Of a stretch of DNA of 64,000 nt, positions 44,407-54,486 are shown piece by piece. Under the pieces are notes generated by a model, which did not search any database, was not told the DNA's origin, and saw only the letters and a list, made by a program, of their open reading frames with translations. The first letter of the stretch is position 1. Each line of letters opens with the position of its first letter. The position numbers and the translations under genes are program-made. The stretch is from Gemmatimonadota bacterium. GTDB lineage: Bacteria > Gemmatimonadota > Gemmatimonadetes > Gemmatimonadales > GWC2-71-9. The stretch covers positions 1,411 through 65,410 of the forward strand of contig JBDTNH010000002.1 in assembly GCA_039933845.1 (NCBI GenBank), read 5' to 3'.

Positions 44407-45516
44407 ATGCGCATTGGTGTGCTCAAGGAAACCGCCCCCCGTGAGCGACGAGTCGCCCTCACCCCGGACGCCGCCCGACGCCTCATCAAGGCTGGCTCGA
44501 GTATCGTGGTCGAACGGGGTGCCGGCGAGGCCGCCTCGTTCCCCGATGCGCTCTACGAGGAGGCTGGTTGCACCATCGGTGACGCGACGGCGGCAGAGTC
44601 GGCCGAGGTCGTGGTCGCCGTGCAGGCGCCAGACCCCGCCCGATCGGCGCAACTCGCGCAGTCGGCCGTTCTGGTAGCGCTAATCGGCTCGAGCGGCCTC
44701 GCGTCACTGGATGTGCTCATCGAGCGTCGAATCACCGTGCTCGCATTGGAGCGGGTTCCTCGGATCACCAGAGCCCAGTCCATGGATGTGCTCTCATCGC
44801 AGGCAACGGTCGCGGGGTATCAGGCCGTGCTGATGGGGGCCAGCACCTTGCCGCGGTTCCTGCCGATGCTCACCACCGCTGCTGGCTCGATCGCGCCGGC
44901 CAAGGCCTTGATCCTTGGCGCTGGCGTCGCGGGACTTCAGGCGATCGCGACCGCGCGCCGACTCGGCGCCGTGGTCACCGGGTTCGATGTCCGGCCTGCC
45001 GCCGCGGAACAAGTGGCGTCGTTGGGCGCCAAGTTCCTGGCCCCCGAGGCTGTGGGGACGGACGCAGAGGCCAGCGGCGGCTATGCCAGGGAATTGGCCG
45101 ACGCCGCCCAACAGAAGGTGTTGGAAGCCATTGCCGGAGCGATCGACGCGATGGATCTCGTGATCGCGACGGCGGCCATTCCCGGTCGTCCGGCTCCGCT
45201 CCTTATCACGCGCGAGATGGTCGAATCGATGCGTCCCGGGTCGGTGATTGTCGATGTGTCGGCTGAGACGGGTGGCAACTGCGAGCTCACGGTGCCTGGC
45301 GAGACCGTGCGGCACGCCGGTGTCGCGATCGTCGGGCCGCTCAATCTGCCGAGCGCAATGCCGCAACACGCGTCTCAGATGTTCGGTCGCAATGTGCAGA
45401 CCCTCCTCGATCACCTCGCGCCGAAGGGCGAGCTGACGCTCGACCTCGACGACGAGATCACCGGCGCCATGTGCCTCGCGCACGCGGGCGCTCGCCGCCA
45501 GGAGCGTGGAACGTGA
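44407..45516 (+). CDS. pntAA: NAD(P) transhydrogenase subunit alpha part 1
   Basis: MRIGVLKETAPRERRVALTPDAARRLIKAG...ILGAGVAGLQAIATARRLGA. ATG at 44407 with AGGAG upstream. Confidence 0.9.
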   Translation: MRIGVLKETAPRERRVALTPDAARRLIKAGSSIVVERGAGEAASFPDALYEEAGCTIGDATAAESAEVVVAVQAPDPARSAQLAQSAVLVALIGSSGLASLDVLIERRITVLALERVPRITRAQSMDVLSSQATVAGYQAVLMGASTLPRFLPMLTTAAGSIAPAKALILGAGVAGLQAIATARRLGAVVTGFDVRPAAAEQVASLGAKFLAPEAVGTDAEASGGYARELADAAQQKVLEAIAGAIDAMDLVIATAAIPGRPAPLLITREMVESMRPGSVIVDVSAETGGNCELTVPGETVRHAGVAIVGPLNLPSAMPQHASQMFGRNVQTLLDHLAPKGELTLDLDDEITGAMCLAHAGARRQERGT

Positions 45517-45806
45517 GCGAAGGCATCATCGTCGGCATCGTCATCTTCACCCTCGCCACCTTCCTCGGCTTCGAACTGATCCAGCGTGTGCCGTCGACCC
45601 TGCACACGCCGCTCATGTCGGGATCCAACGCCATCAGCGGGATCACGATCGTCGGCGCGCTGATCGTTGCGGGGGGGGGATTCGGCTGGATCTCGACCGT
45701 GTTCGGGATCGGGGCCGTCGCCTTCGCGATGATGAACGTGGTCGGTGGGTACGCCGTCACCGATCGCATGCTCCGGATGTTCACGAAGGACGGGGGCGCC
45801 AAGTGA
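45513..45806 (+). CDS. pntAB: NAD(P) transhydrogenase subunit alpha part 2 (membrane)
   Basis: VSEGIIVGIVIFTLATFLGFELI...HTPLMSGSNAISGI. GTG overlaps the pntAA stop (GTGA). Confidence 0.85.
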   Translation: MSEGIIVGIVIFTLATFLGFELIQRVPSTLHTPLMSGSNAISGITIVGALIVAGGGFGWISTVFGIGAVAFAMMNVVGGYAVTDRMLRMFTKDGGAK

Positions 45807-47203
45807 TCCCGCACGCCATCGCGGAACTCGGATACCTCGTCGCCTCCGCCTGCTTCATCGTCGGACTCAAGCGTCTTGGCTCGCCGGCAACGGCACCCGC
45901 CGGCAATCGGCTCTCCGCCTGGGGGATGCTGATCGCGATCATCGTCACGCTGCTTGATGCGCAGGTTCTCAGTTGGTCGGCTATCGGCATCGGCATGGTG
46001 GTCGGCAGTGCGATCGGCCTCTGGATGGCGCGCACGGTGCAGATGACCTCGATGCCCCAGTTGGTGGCGCTGCTCAATGGCTTCGGAGGCGCGGCGTCGG
46101 TCTTGGTCGCAGGTGCAGAGTTCCTGCGGGCCGAGCTCCGTGGTGAGGCGATCCCGGTGGAGACCGGCGTCGTGATCCAGCTCTCGCTGCTCATCGGAGC
46201 CGTGACGTTCAGTGGCTCGATGATCGCCTGGGCCAAACTGCAGGAAGTGATGACCGGGCGCGCCATCACATGGTCTGGTCAGAAGTTCATGACGGCCGTG
46301 ATCGGCCTCGGCATCATCGGCCTGGGCGGTTGGCAAGTGAGCACGGTGGCGCCGCTCTCAATCGCCTTCTATCTGGTCATTGGGTTGTCCCTGCTGCTCG
46401 GAATCCTTTTGGTGATTCCGATCGGTGGGGCGGACATGCCGGTCGTGATCTCGCTCCTCAACAGCTATTCAGGTCTGGCCGCCGCGATGACCGGCTTCGT
46501 GATCAACAATCACGTGCTGATCGTGGCCGGCGCGCTCGTCGGTTCGAGTGGGATCATCTTGACGCGGATCATGTGCAAGGCGATGAACCGTTCGCTTGCC
46601 AACGTGCTCTTCGGGGCATTCGGGCAGGGAAGTCCCGCGGCTGCAGGCGGTGGGGCCAGTTCCGAGGGGCTCGTGGCGCGGAGTGTCAGCGTTGAGGATG
46701 CCGCAGTACAGCTCGCCTACGCCCAGCAGGTGATCATCGTCCCGGGCTATGGCCTCGCGGTGGCGCAGGCCCAGCACGCCGTCCGGGAGCTGGCCGACTT
46801 GATCGAGAAGAATGGTGGCACGGTGCGCTACGCGATCCATCCGGTCGCCGGACGGATGCCGGGTCACATGAACGTGCTGCTCGCCGAGGCCAACGTGCCA
46901 TACGAGAAGCTGGTGGACATGGAGGACATCAATCCGGCCTTCGAGGAGTGTGACGTCGCCCTGGTCATCGGGGCGAACGACGTGGTGAATCCCGCGGCCC
47001 GATCGGATCCCTCCAGTCCGATCTACGGGATGCCGATTCTCGATGTCGACAAGGCCCGGAGCGTTATCGTCATGAAGCGGGGGATGAACCCCGGATTCGC
47101 CGGGATCGAGAACGCCCTCTTCTTCCACCCCAGGACCGCCATGCTCTTTGGCGATGCCAAGGGCTCGCTCAACGCTCTAATCAGCGAGATCAAGACCCTC
47201 TAG
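45803..47203 (+). CDS. pntB: NAD(P) transhydrogenase subunit beta
   Basis: VIPHAIAELGYLVASACFIVGLKRL... and C-terminal PGYGLAVAQAQH...HPVAGRMPGHMNVLLAEA. GTGA overlap with pntAB. Confidence 0.9.
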   Translation: MIPHAIAELGYLVASACFIVGLKRLGSPATAPAGNRLSAWGMLIAIIVTLLDAQVLSWSAIGIGMVVGSAIGLWMARTVQMTSMPQLVALLNGFGGAASVLVAGAEFLRAELRGEAIPVETGVVIQLSLLIGAVTFSGSMIAWAKLQEVMTGRAITWSGQKFMTAVIGLGIIGLGGWQVSTVAPLSIAFYLVIGLSLLLGILLVIPIGGADMPVVISLLNSYSGLAAAMTGFVINNHVLIVAGALVGSSGIILTRIMCKAMNRSLANVLFGAFGQGSPAAAGGGASSEGLVARSVSVEDAAVQLAYAQQVIIVPGYGLAVAQAQHAVRELADLIEKNGGTVRYAIHPVAGRMPGHMNVLLAEANVPYEKLVDMEDINPAFEECDVALVIGANDVVNPAARSDPSSPIYGMPILDVDKARSVIVMKRGMNPGFAGIENALFFHPRTAMLFGDAKGSLNALISEIKTL

Positions 47204-47253
47204 GGCTGTGGTTTGTGACGTTTTTGCCCCCTTGGGCGTCCCCCTTCACGAAG

Positions 47254-47295
47254 GCGGCCCGGCCCCGGCAGCTGCCGCTTCCGGGGCCGGGCCGC
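47254..47295 (+). terminator. perfect 15-bp GC hairpin downstream of pntB (terminator-like, no U-tract)
   Basis: GCGGCCCGGCCCCGG - 12 nt loop - CCGGGGCCGGGCCGC, about 50 nt after the pntB stop. Followed only by TT. Confidence 0.4.
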
Positions 47296-47497
47296 TTGAC
47301 GGAACCGTTTCACGCTGCCATGCGTATATAGGATGATGTTTCACAGCGTGTTACGGTATGAATTGCCAGAGTCGGGTCCAGACGTTATTTTTGATGACTT
47401 TGGTTGAATTTGGTGAATCACGTGATTGTTTGCGCTGGCAGGGCCCGTCCGGTATGGGACGAGGCCTGGGGCCGGCGATCGATGCCGAGGAGTTGAT

Positions 47498-48391
47498 GTG
47501 ACCATTCGTGCCCGCGGGAAGCGGCGCTCCCTCCGTCCGGCCCAGATTGCCCGGGCTGTCGATGAGGGACGCGAGAGCCTCGACCTCTATCTTGACGAGA
47601 TCTCCCGGGTTCCACTCCTCAATCGTGAGGAGGAGATGGAGCTTGCCCGCAAGGCGTTCAAGGGCGACGTGCTGGCGCAGGAGCGGTTGGCGCGCCACAA
47701 CGTGCGGTTCGTCGTGTCGGTCGCCAAGAAGTTCCAGAACCGTGGCGTCCCCCTTGTCGACCTGATCGGCGAGGGCAACCTCGGCCTGATGACCGCGGCC
47801 AGGAAGTTCGATCCGGATCGTGGCGTCAAGTTCATCTCGTACGCCGTGTGGTGGATCCGTCAGGCCGTGCAGGCCGCGATTGCCAGGCACGGCCGTCCGG
47901 TTCGGGTGCCACTCAATCGGACCGCCGATTTGTCACGTCTCGGCAAGACGACGACCTACCTGAAGGAAAAGCTCGGCCGGATGCCCACCGTCGACGAACT
48001 CGCGCGGGCGACCGGGCTGACCGAGGAGGCGGTGCGGTCGCTCTCGAGCCTGAACACCGAGGCCGTGCGGCTCGACCACCCGACTCGCGAGGGCGATGGC
48101 AACGAGCGGATGGAGCGCTTCGCGCTCGCCGAGCAGGAAGGCACCGACGCCAACACGATGGCGAACTCGCAGAGCGCCGACATCGAGGCAGCCCTCGATT
48201 CGCTGCCACCGCGCGATGCCAAGGTGCTCCGGCTCTACTTCGGACTTGACGACGGACAGCCGCGCACGCTCGAGGAAATCGGTCGGATGATGGGCGTGAC
48301 GCGCGAGCGGATTCGTCAGCTGCGTGACCGCGCGCTGATTCGCCTCCGCGAGGGCGAGACAGGCGAACGGCTGAAGGATCTGGTCGCGTAG
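47498..48391 (+). CDS. sigma-70 family RNA polymerase sigma factor (RpoD/SigA-like, lacks region 1.1)
   Basis: GTG at 47498 with GAGGAG 5 nt upstream. Regions 1.2 (LDLYLDEISRVPLL), 2 (DLIGEGNLGLMTAARKFD, FISYAVWWIRQAV), 3, and 4.2 (TLEEIGRMMGVTRERIRQLRDRAL). Confidence 0.85.
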   Translation: MTIRARGKRRSLRPAQIARAVDEGRESLDLYLDEISRVPLLNREEEMELARKAFKGDVLAQERLARHNVRFVVSVAKKFQNRGVPLVDLIGEGNLGLMTAARKFDPDRGVKFISYAVWWIRQAVQAAIARHGRPVRVPLNRTADLSRLGKTTTYLKEKLGRMPTVDELARATGLTEEAVRSLSSLNTEAVRLDHPTREGDGNERMERFALAEQEGTDANTMANSQSADIEAALDSLPPRDAKVLRLYFGLDDGQPRTLEEIGRMMGVTRERIRQLRDRALIRLREGETGERLKDLVA

Positions 48392-48508
48392 AAACGAGAA
48401 GCGAGAAACGAGAAGCGAGAAGCGAGAAACGAGAGATATGAAGGCCGGCATCTGTGATCGATGTCGGCCTTCAGCGTTCTCTCGTTTCCCGTTTCTCGTT
48501 TCTCGTCT
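48391..48508. terminator. composite hairpin built from heptanucleotide repeats between convergent sigma and acnA genes
   Basis: (GAARCGA)x6 on the left arm, an inner 13-bp hairpin GAAGGCCGGCATC/GATGTCGGCCTTC, and a complementary (TCGTTTC-type)x4 right arm that abuts both stop codons. Confidence 0.6.
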
Positions 48509-51278
48509 ACTCGTTGAACAGCCGCAGCACCCGCTGCAGGATCCCACCGTGTGCCAGATACTCCAGGTCGACCGGTGAATTGAGCCGCACGGTTGCCTCG
48601 AACGTGATCGTCTTGCCGGTGTCGGGATTGTTGGCGGCGACGGTGACGGTGCCGCCGGGAGTGAGTCCGTTCGCGATCCCGGTGATGCTGATCACCTCGC
48701 GGCCGGTAAGGCCGAGACTCTGTGCGCTCTCGCCGGCCGGGAAGGCGAGCGGCAGGACGCCCATGCCGACGAGGTTCGAGCGGTGGATCCGCTCGTAGCT
48801 CTCCGCTATCACCGCTTTGACGCCCAGCAGGATGGTGCCCTTCGCGGCCCAGTCGCGTGACGACCCGCTGCCGTACTCCTTGCCGACGAGCAGCACGAGT
48901 GGCGTGCGGTTGGTGATGTAGCGCATCGCGGCGTCGTAAATGCTCGTCACCTCACCGGTGGGCAGATACTCGGTCCAGTTGCCCTCCTTGCCCGGCACGA
49001 GAAGGTTCTTGATCCGGACGTTGCCGAACGTGCCGCGCATCATCACCTCGTGATTGCCGCGACGGGAACCGAACGTGTTCCAATCCGGCTGCTCGACACC
49101 ATGCTCACGGAGATACACTGCGGCCGGGCCGTTCTTCGGGATCGCTCCGGCGGGAGAGATGTGGTCGGTGGTCACCGAATCGCCGAGCAGGGCGAGCACG
49201 CGGGCTCCATGGATGTCGGCAAGCGGCGCCGGCTCAGGTGCCAGATCCTGGAAGAACGGCGGATTCCGGACGTAGGTGGAATCCGGCGCCCAGTCGAAGC
49301 GCGACCCCTCTGGAACCTCAAGATCCTGCCACTCGGCGTCGCCCTCGAAGACGCTCGCGTATTGCTCCATGAACATCTCGGGGCCAAGGGCACGCGCCAG
49401 CGTGTCCTGGATCTCTCCCGGCGACGGCCAGATATCACGCAGGAACACCGGCTCGCCGTCATTCCCGATGCCGAGCGGCTCGGTCGTGATGTCGACGTTG
49501 ACCCGGCCGATGAGCGCGAATGCCACCACCAGCATGGGCGACATCAAGTAGTTGGCGCGAACGAGCGGGTGAACGCGTGCCTCGAAGTTGCGGTTGCCGG
49601 AGAGGACCGAGGCTGCGACCAAGGAGTGCGTCTCGATCGCCGTGGCGACCGGTTCCGGCAGCGGTCCGCTGTTGCCGATGCACGTGGTGCAGCCGTAGCC
49701 GACGGTCTGGAAGCCGAGCCCGTTGAGTTCCTTGGTGAGATCGGCCTTGTCGAGATACTCGGTGACCACGCGCGAACCCGGCGCCATCGAGGTCTTCACC
49801 CAAGGTCGTGACGTGAGTCCCCGGGCGAGCGCGTTGCGCGCCAGCAGGCCGGCGCCGACCATTACCGAGGGGTTCGAGGTGTTGGTGCACGAGGTGATCG
49901 CCGCGATCACGACGGATCCGTCGTGGATCTCGTGGGCCTCGCCGTTCATCTCGATCGGGTAGCAGGTCGTGCTCACGCTGGCCGCCGCAGTCACGGCGCC
50001 GCCTTCGTCCTTCCAGCGCTGCAAGGCTTCCTCCGCCTGACTGCGGCGGTCCGTCGGGACGGTCGGCTGCATCAGCTCAGGCAGAGTACTGGCAAAGCTG
50101 CGCCGCAGATCGGTCAGCGCGACGCGATCCTGCGGACGCTTGGGGCCCGCGACACTCGGCACGACGGTGGAGAGATCGAGCTCGAGGGTGCTGCTGAACA
50201 CCGGGTCTGGCGTGTCGGCGGTCCGGAAGAGCCGCTGAGCACGGCAGTATTTCTCGACCAGTTTCACCTGCTCGGGGTCACGTCCGGTGCGCTCGAGGTA
50301 CTTGATCGTCTCGGCGTCGACCGGGAAAAAGCCCATCGTCGCGCCATACTCGGGCGACATGTTCGCAATGGTCGCGCGGTCGGCTAGCGGCAGAGAAGCC
50401 AGGCCCGGACCGTAGAACTCGACGAATTTGTCGACCACGCCCGCGGCACGGAGCTGCTGCGTCAGGGTGAGGACCAGGTCGGTTGCGGTGCATCCGGCTG
50501 GCAACGTGCCGACGAGCCGCATCCCAACCACCCGAGGCGCCACCATGAAGTAGGGCTGGCCGAGCATCACGGCCTCCGCCTCGATTCCACCGACGCCCCA
50601 GCCCATCACGCCCAGACCGTTGATCATGGTGGTATGCGAGTCCGTCCCGACGAGGGTGTCCGGATATGCGGTCATCTCGCCATGCTGTTCACGGAGTTGA
50701 ATGCAGGGAGAGAGGTATTCCAGATTCACTTGGTGGACGATGCCGGTGCCCGGTGGCACGACGCGGAAGTCCTTGAAGGCGCGCTGCGCAAACTTGAGCA
50801 ATTGGTAGCGTTCGGCGTTGCGGCCGAACTCCATGGCGACGTTGAGCTTGAATGCCTCGGGCGTACCGTAGTAGTCGACCTGTACCGAGTGGTCGATCAC
50901 GAGGTCGCAGGGCACCACCGGGTTGATGCGGGCCGGGTCACCACCCATTTCAGCCATCGCGTCGCGCATGGCCGCGAGATCCACCACACACGGGACACCG
51001 GTGAAGTCCTGCAACACCACGCGGGCCGGCATGAAGGGGATCTCGTCGTGACCGGCGGATTCGGGTGTCCATGAGGCCAGGGAGCGGACATGGTCCTCGG
51101 TGACCACGCCACGCCCCACATGCCGAAGCATATTCTCGAGCAGCACCCTGATGGAGAAGGGGAGCCGGTCGAGCGTCGTGTGACCCTGACGCTCGAGGGC
51201 CTCGAGGCTGTGGATCGTCGCCTTGATGGCGCCGACGGAAAGCTGTTGGCGTGTGCCGAAGGGATCCGGATGGGTCAT
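48507..51278 (-). CDS. acnA: aconitate hydratase A
   Basis: 923 aa. Canonical AcnA/IRP motifs (DSHTTMINGLGV, ITSCTNTSNP, CTTCIGNSG). Confidence 0.95.
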   Translation of the reverse strand: MTHPDPFGTRQQLSVGAIKATIHSLEALERQGHTTLDRLPFSIRVLLENMLRHVGRGVVTEDHVRSLASWTPESAGHDEIPFMPARVVLQDFTGVPCVVDLAAMRDAMAEMGGDPARINPVVPCDLVIDHSVQVDYYGTPEAFKLNVAMEFGRNAERYQLLKFAQRAFKDFRVVPPGTGIVHQVNLEYLSPCIQLREQHGEMTAYPDTLVGTDSHTTMINGLGVMGWGVGGIEAEAVMLGQPYFMVAPRVVGMRLVGTLPAGCTATDLVLTLTQQLRAAGVVDKFVEFYGPGLASLPLADRATIANMSPEYGATMGFFPVDAETIKYLERTGRDPEQVKLVEKYCRAQRLFRTADTPDPVFSSTLELDLSTVVPSVAGPKRPQDRVALTDLRRSFASTLPELMQPTVPTDRRSQAEEALQRWKDEGGAVTAAASVSTTCYPIEMNGEAHEIHDGSVVIAAITSCTNTSNPSVMVGAGLLARNALARGLTSRPWVKTSMAPGSRVVTEYLDKADLTKELNGLGFQTVGYGCTTCIGNSGPLPEPVATAIETHSLVAASVLSGNRNFEARVHPLVRANYLMSPMLVVAFALIGRVNVDITTEPLGIGNDGEPVFLRDIWPSPGEIQDTLARALGPEMFMEQYASVFEGDAEWQDLEVPEGSRFDWAPDSTYVRNPPFFQDLAPEPAPLADIHGARVLALLGDSVTTDHISPAGAIPKNGPAAVYLREHGVEQPDWNTFGSRRGNHEVMMRGTFGNVRIKNLLVPGKEGNWTEYLPTGEVTSIYDAAMRYITNRTPLVLLVGKEYGSGSSRDWAAKGTILLGVKAVIAESYERIHRSNLVGMGVLPLAFPAGESAQSLGLTGREVISITGIANGLTPGGTVTVAANNPDTGKTITFEATVRLNSPVDLEYLAHGGILQRVLRLFNE

Positions 51279-51336
51279 GGTTCCTGCATCCTCGTTGGTA
51301 AGATGAGTGCATGTTCCAGCCCAAATCTAATAGCCC

Positions 51337-51672
51337 GTGGAGGGTGTCGTGGCGGTCCAACACGTTGTTCCCAAGGCAATCCGGCGCCTTGACGATCGGA
51401 TCGAGTTCCAGTGGTCGGTGGACCACGTGGGGGACTTCGCGGGCAGGTCGTTGCGACTGGCGTGTCCGTGTGCCGCCTGTATAGACGAGATGTCGGGACG
51501 CCCGCTGCTCGACCCGGCTTCTGTGCCGGACGATATCCGTGCCGACACCATCACCGCGGTGGGCGCGTACGGGATACGGGTTCGCTGGAGCGACGGACAC
51601 GCGACCGGGATCTACACCTATGCGATGATTCTGGGGCTGTGCCCCTGTCCAGCCTGCGCTGCAGCCAAATGA
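51337..51672 (+). CDS. DUF971 domain protein
   Basis: LRLACPCAACIDEMSG...YGIRVRWSDGHATGIYTY matches DUF971 (gamma-BBH-like N-terminal domain). The start may be GTG 51349 (GGAGG 5 nt upstream). Confidence 0.65.
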   Translation: MEGVVAVQHVVPKAIRRLDDRIEFQWSVDHVGDFAGRSLRLACPCAACIDEMSGRPLLDPASVPDDIRADTITAVGAYGIRVRWSDGHATGIYTYAMILGLCPCPACAAAK

Positions 51673-51758
51673 CCCAGCCCTTGGCTTGCCAGCCTTCGGG
51701 GACTACCGTTGGTGGTTTCCCGATCCATGCGTGACCATTTTGAACCCCCGGGCGGCCG

Positions 51759-52073
51759 ATGATCATCGGAAGGCGCTGGTGGATCCTCATCTGGTACGGC
51801 ATCCTGATCCTTGGGGTCGCGGGCTTGCTCGTCGCGATCAACTGGGGCCGCCAGGTCAAGTGGCGCAACATTGACGAGATCCTGCGCGGCATCGGGACGA
51901 TCGCCGTCTCGGTCGCGTTCATCATGCTGCTGGGCGGGACCGGCGGCGGTGGTGCTGCCCAGACGCTGCTCCTTGCCGCGCTGATCAGCTTCGTGCTGGC
52001 ATTCGTGGTGGGCCGGGAACACGAACAAGAAAAGAAGCGTTCCTCTTCCGACTCTCCACCGGACACGCAATGA
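51759..52073 (+). CDS. hypothetical small membrane protein
   Basis: 104 aa, 3 hydrophobic helices, charged C-terminal tail. Its stop overlaps the PIG-L start (ATGA). Confidence 0.5.
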   Translation: MIIGRRWWILIWYGILILGVAGLLVAINWGRQVKWRNIDEILRGIGTIAVSVAFIMLLGGTGGGGAAQTLLLAALISFVLAFVVGREHEQEKKRSSSDSPPDTQ

Positions 52074-54475
52074 CGCCACCGAATCTCACGCTGCCGCGGA
52101 TCCTCAGGGTCACCGCGGTCGTTTTGCTTGGGCTGTGCTCAGCCCCCATGCCTCTCCCGGCCCAATGGGTCGGGCCCGGCACGAGCGGCTCGGCCGCGCT
52201 CGATCAGGCACGGCGCTACCTCGCCGATGGCCGTCGCGTGCTGGTGATCGGGGCCCATCCGGACGACGAGGACACTGAGCTCATCACGATCCTCTCGCGG
52301 GGCAAGGGCATCGAGACCGCCTACCTCTCCCTCACGCGCGGCGAGGGCGGCCAGAACCTCATTGGCGGCGAGCTCGGGGCGGCGCTCGGGGTGCTGCGAA
52401 CCGAGGAACTGCTCGCGGCCCGCCGGATCGACGGCGCGCACCAGTTCTTCACCCGGGCCTACGACTTCGGATTCTCGAAGACCGCCACCGAAGCGTTCGC
52501 ATTCTGGCCGCACGACTCCCTCATCAAGGACGTCGTGCGGATCATCCGGCGGTTCAAGCCCGACGTGATCGTGTCGGTCTGGACGGGTACGCCGCTGGAT
52601 GGGCATGGGCATCACCAGGCGTCGGGAATCGTGGCGCGCGAGGCGTTCGATGCTGCGCAGGATGCGACTCGCTTCCCCGGGCTCACGCGTGACGAGGGCT
52701 TGGCCCCATGGCAACCGCGCAAGTTCTATCGTGACTACCGTGCCGAGGGCCCCGGGCAGAGCTTCGATGGCGGTGCCATCGACCCGGCAGTGGGCCAGTC
52801 GTTCCACCAGATCGCCGCTCGTTCCCGGTCGCAACATCGGTCGCAGGACATGGGGCAACTGCAGGATCCCGGGTCGAGCAGCCGACGGATCGTGCTCGAG
52901 GCCGTGTCGACAGGGCTCGATCTGGTGGCCGACACCAGCCTGTTCGCCGGCATCCCCCCCCGACGATTCGTCGGGACGAATCGGCAAGGGGAAGTGGCGA
53001 TCGGCGATGCCGGTGTGGTGCTCGATGCGTACGCCGATGACAGCGAGGTCGTACCGGGCCAGCTGGTCACGGTGACCTTGCTCGCCTGGAACACCGGCAC
53101 GGATACCGTGCGTTCCATCTTCGGTTGGGAAGCCACGGTGGGGTATGAGGACACCGGGAACGGCACGTGCCAGTGGCACTCCGTCCCTGTCGCACCCGGC
53201 GAGGTGTACCAATGTTCCGCGCAACTCCGCGTGCAGCGACAGGCGGTGATTGGTCAGCCCTCCTTCCTGGTCCAGCCGGTCGAGCGCGGGCAGTACCGAT
53301 TCACCGGAGATCCGGGCAACTGGGGAGAGCCATTCAATGTCCCACTCACCGCGCGATTCGAGGTGCGCGGGGCTCACGGATTGGCGGCCTGGGTCGCACG
53401 AGAGGTGACGGCGCGCTCGCTCGATCAAGGGTCGGGTGAAGTCCGCCTCCCCGTCACGATCGTCCCCCGCATCCTGATGCAGGTTGCCCCGGGCGAGCTG
53501 CTCTGGCGTACTTCGCTCGCGTCCCGCACCATTCGTGTCCAGGTGGAGCATCTCGCGCATGACTCGTCCGATGTGCTCGTCCGTCTGGCGGTGCCGGACG
53601 GCTGGGAGTCGCCGCCCGCAGTGCCGCTGCACTTCAGTCGCGAGGACGAACACCAAGCAGTGGAATTCGAGGTGATGCGTCCGGCCTCGGTCACCAGTGG
53701 CGAGGTGCGCTTCGGTGCCGAAGCGATCCTCGGCGGTGACACACTCCGGGTTGGTGGCCGCCGGATCGACTATCCGCACATTCGGCCGCACCTCCTCTTC
53801 CGCGTGGCCGATGCGAACGCAACCATCGCACCGGTCGCCTTCCCATCGGCACGTCGGATCGGCTACGTGCGTGGTGCGGCGGACGCGATTCCCGAGGCAC
53901 TGTCGGCGGCCGGCATTCCGTTCCGTTTGCTCGCCCCAGCGGAACTCGAGGGGCCGGCACTGGACTCCCTCGATGTCCTGGTGGTCGGGCCACGGGCCTA
54001 CGAGATTGATCCGGCGATCGGTCGTGCCAATCCTCGCCTCCTCGCGTTCGCCAAAGGGGGGGGGACATTGATCGTGCAATACCAGCAATATCAGTACGTG
54101 GCCGGTGGGTACGCGCCGTACCCGATCACCATCGGCCGACCGCACGATCGGATCACCGACGAACATTCGCCGGTTCGCTGGCTTCCCGGCTCCGAGGCGC
54201 TCGCCACCGGCCCCAATCGGATGACCCATGCGGATTGGGACGGGTGGGTGCAGGAGCGGGGGCTCTATTTCGCCGCGACCTGGGACGCGGCGTGGACCCC
54301 GATGCTCGAGATGGCGGATCCGGGCGAGTCGCCGATCCGTGGGGGCGTGCTCGTGGCTCGCTATGGCACGGGGACCGTGGTGTACACCGGTCTCTCGTTC
54401 TTCCGCGAACTGCCGGCTGCGGTGCCGGGCGCGTGGCGGCTGTTCGCCAACCTGTTGGCGATCGGGGCGCCGTGA
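52070..54475 (+). CDS. PIG-L/LmbE family deacetylase, large multidomain secreted form
   Basis: 801 aa with signal peptide. VLVIGAHPDDEDTE...SLTRGEGGQN zinc-deacetylase motif. The C-terminal ~200 aa are ThuA/GATase1-like (GGTLIVQYQQ). Confidence 0.8.
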   Translation: MTPPNLTLPRILRVTAVVLLGLCSAPMPLPAQWVGPGTSGSAALDQARRYLADGRRVLVIGAHPDDEDTELITILSRGKGIETAYLSLTRGEGGQNLIGGELGAALGVLRTEELLAARRIDGAHQFFTRAYDFGFSKTATEAFAFWPHDSLIKDVVRIIRRFKPDVIVSVWTGTPLDGHGHHQASGIVAREAFDAAQDATRFPGLTRDEGLAPWQPRKFYRDYRAEGPGQSFDGGAIDPAVGQSFHQIAARSRSQHRSQDMGQLQDPGSSSRRIVLEAVSTGLDLVADTSLFAGIPPRRFVGTNRQGEVAIGDAGVVLDAYADDSEVVPGQLVTVTLLAWNTGTDTVRSIFGWEATVGYEDTGNGTCQWHSVPVAPGEVYQCSAQLRVQRQAVIGQPSFLVQPVERGQYRFTGDPGNWGEPFNVPLTARFEVRGAHGLAAWVAREVTARSLDQGSGEVRLPVTIVPRILMQVAPGELLWRTSLASRTIRVQVEHLAHDSSDVLVRLAVPDGWESPPAVPLHFSREDEHQAVEFEVMRPASVTSGEVRFGAEAILGGDTLRVGGRRIDYPHIRPHLLFRVADANATIAPVAFPSARRIGYVRGAADAIPEALSAAGIPFRLLAPAELEGPALDSLDVLVVGPRAYEIDPAIGRANPRLLAFAKGGGTLIVQYQQYQYVAGGYAPYPITIGRPHDRITDEHSPVRWLPGSEALATGPNRMTHADWDGWVQERGLYFAATWDAAWTPMLEMADPGESPIRGGVLVARYGTGTVVYTGLSFFRELPAAVPGAWRLFANLLAIGAP

Positions 54476-54486
54476 GGGCTGTCGTG

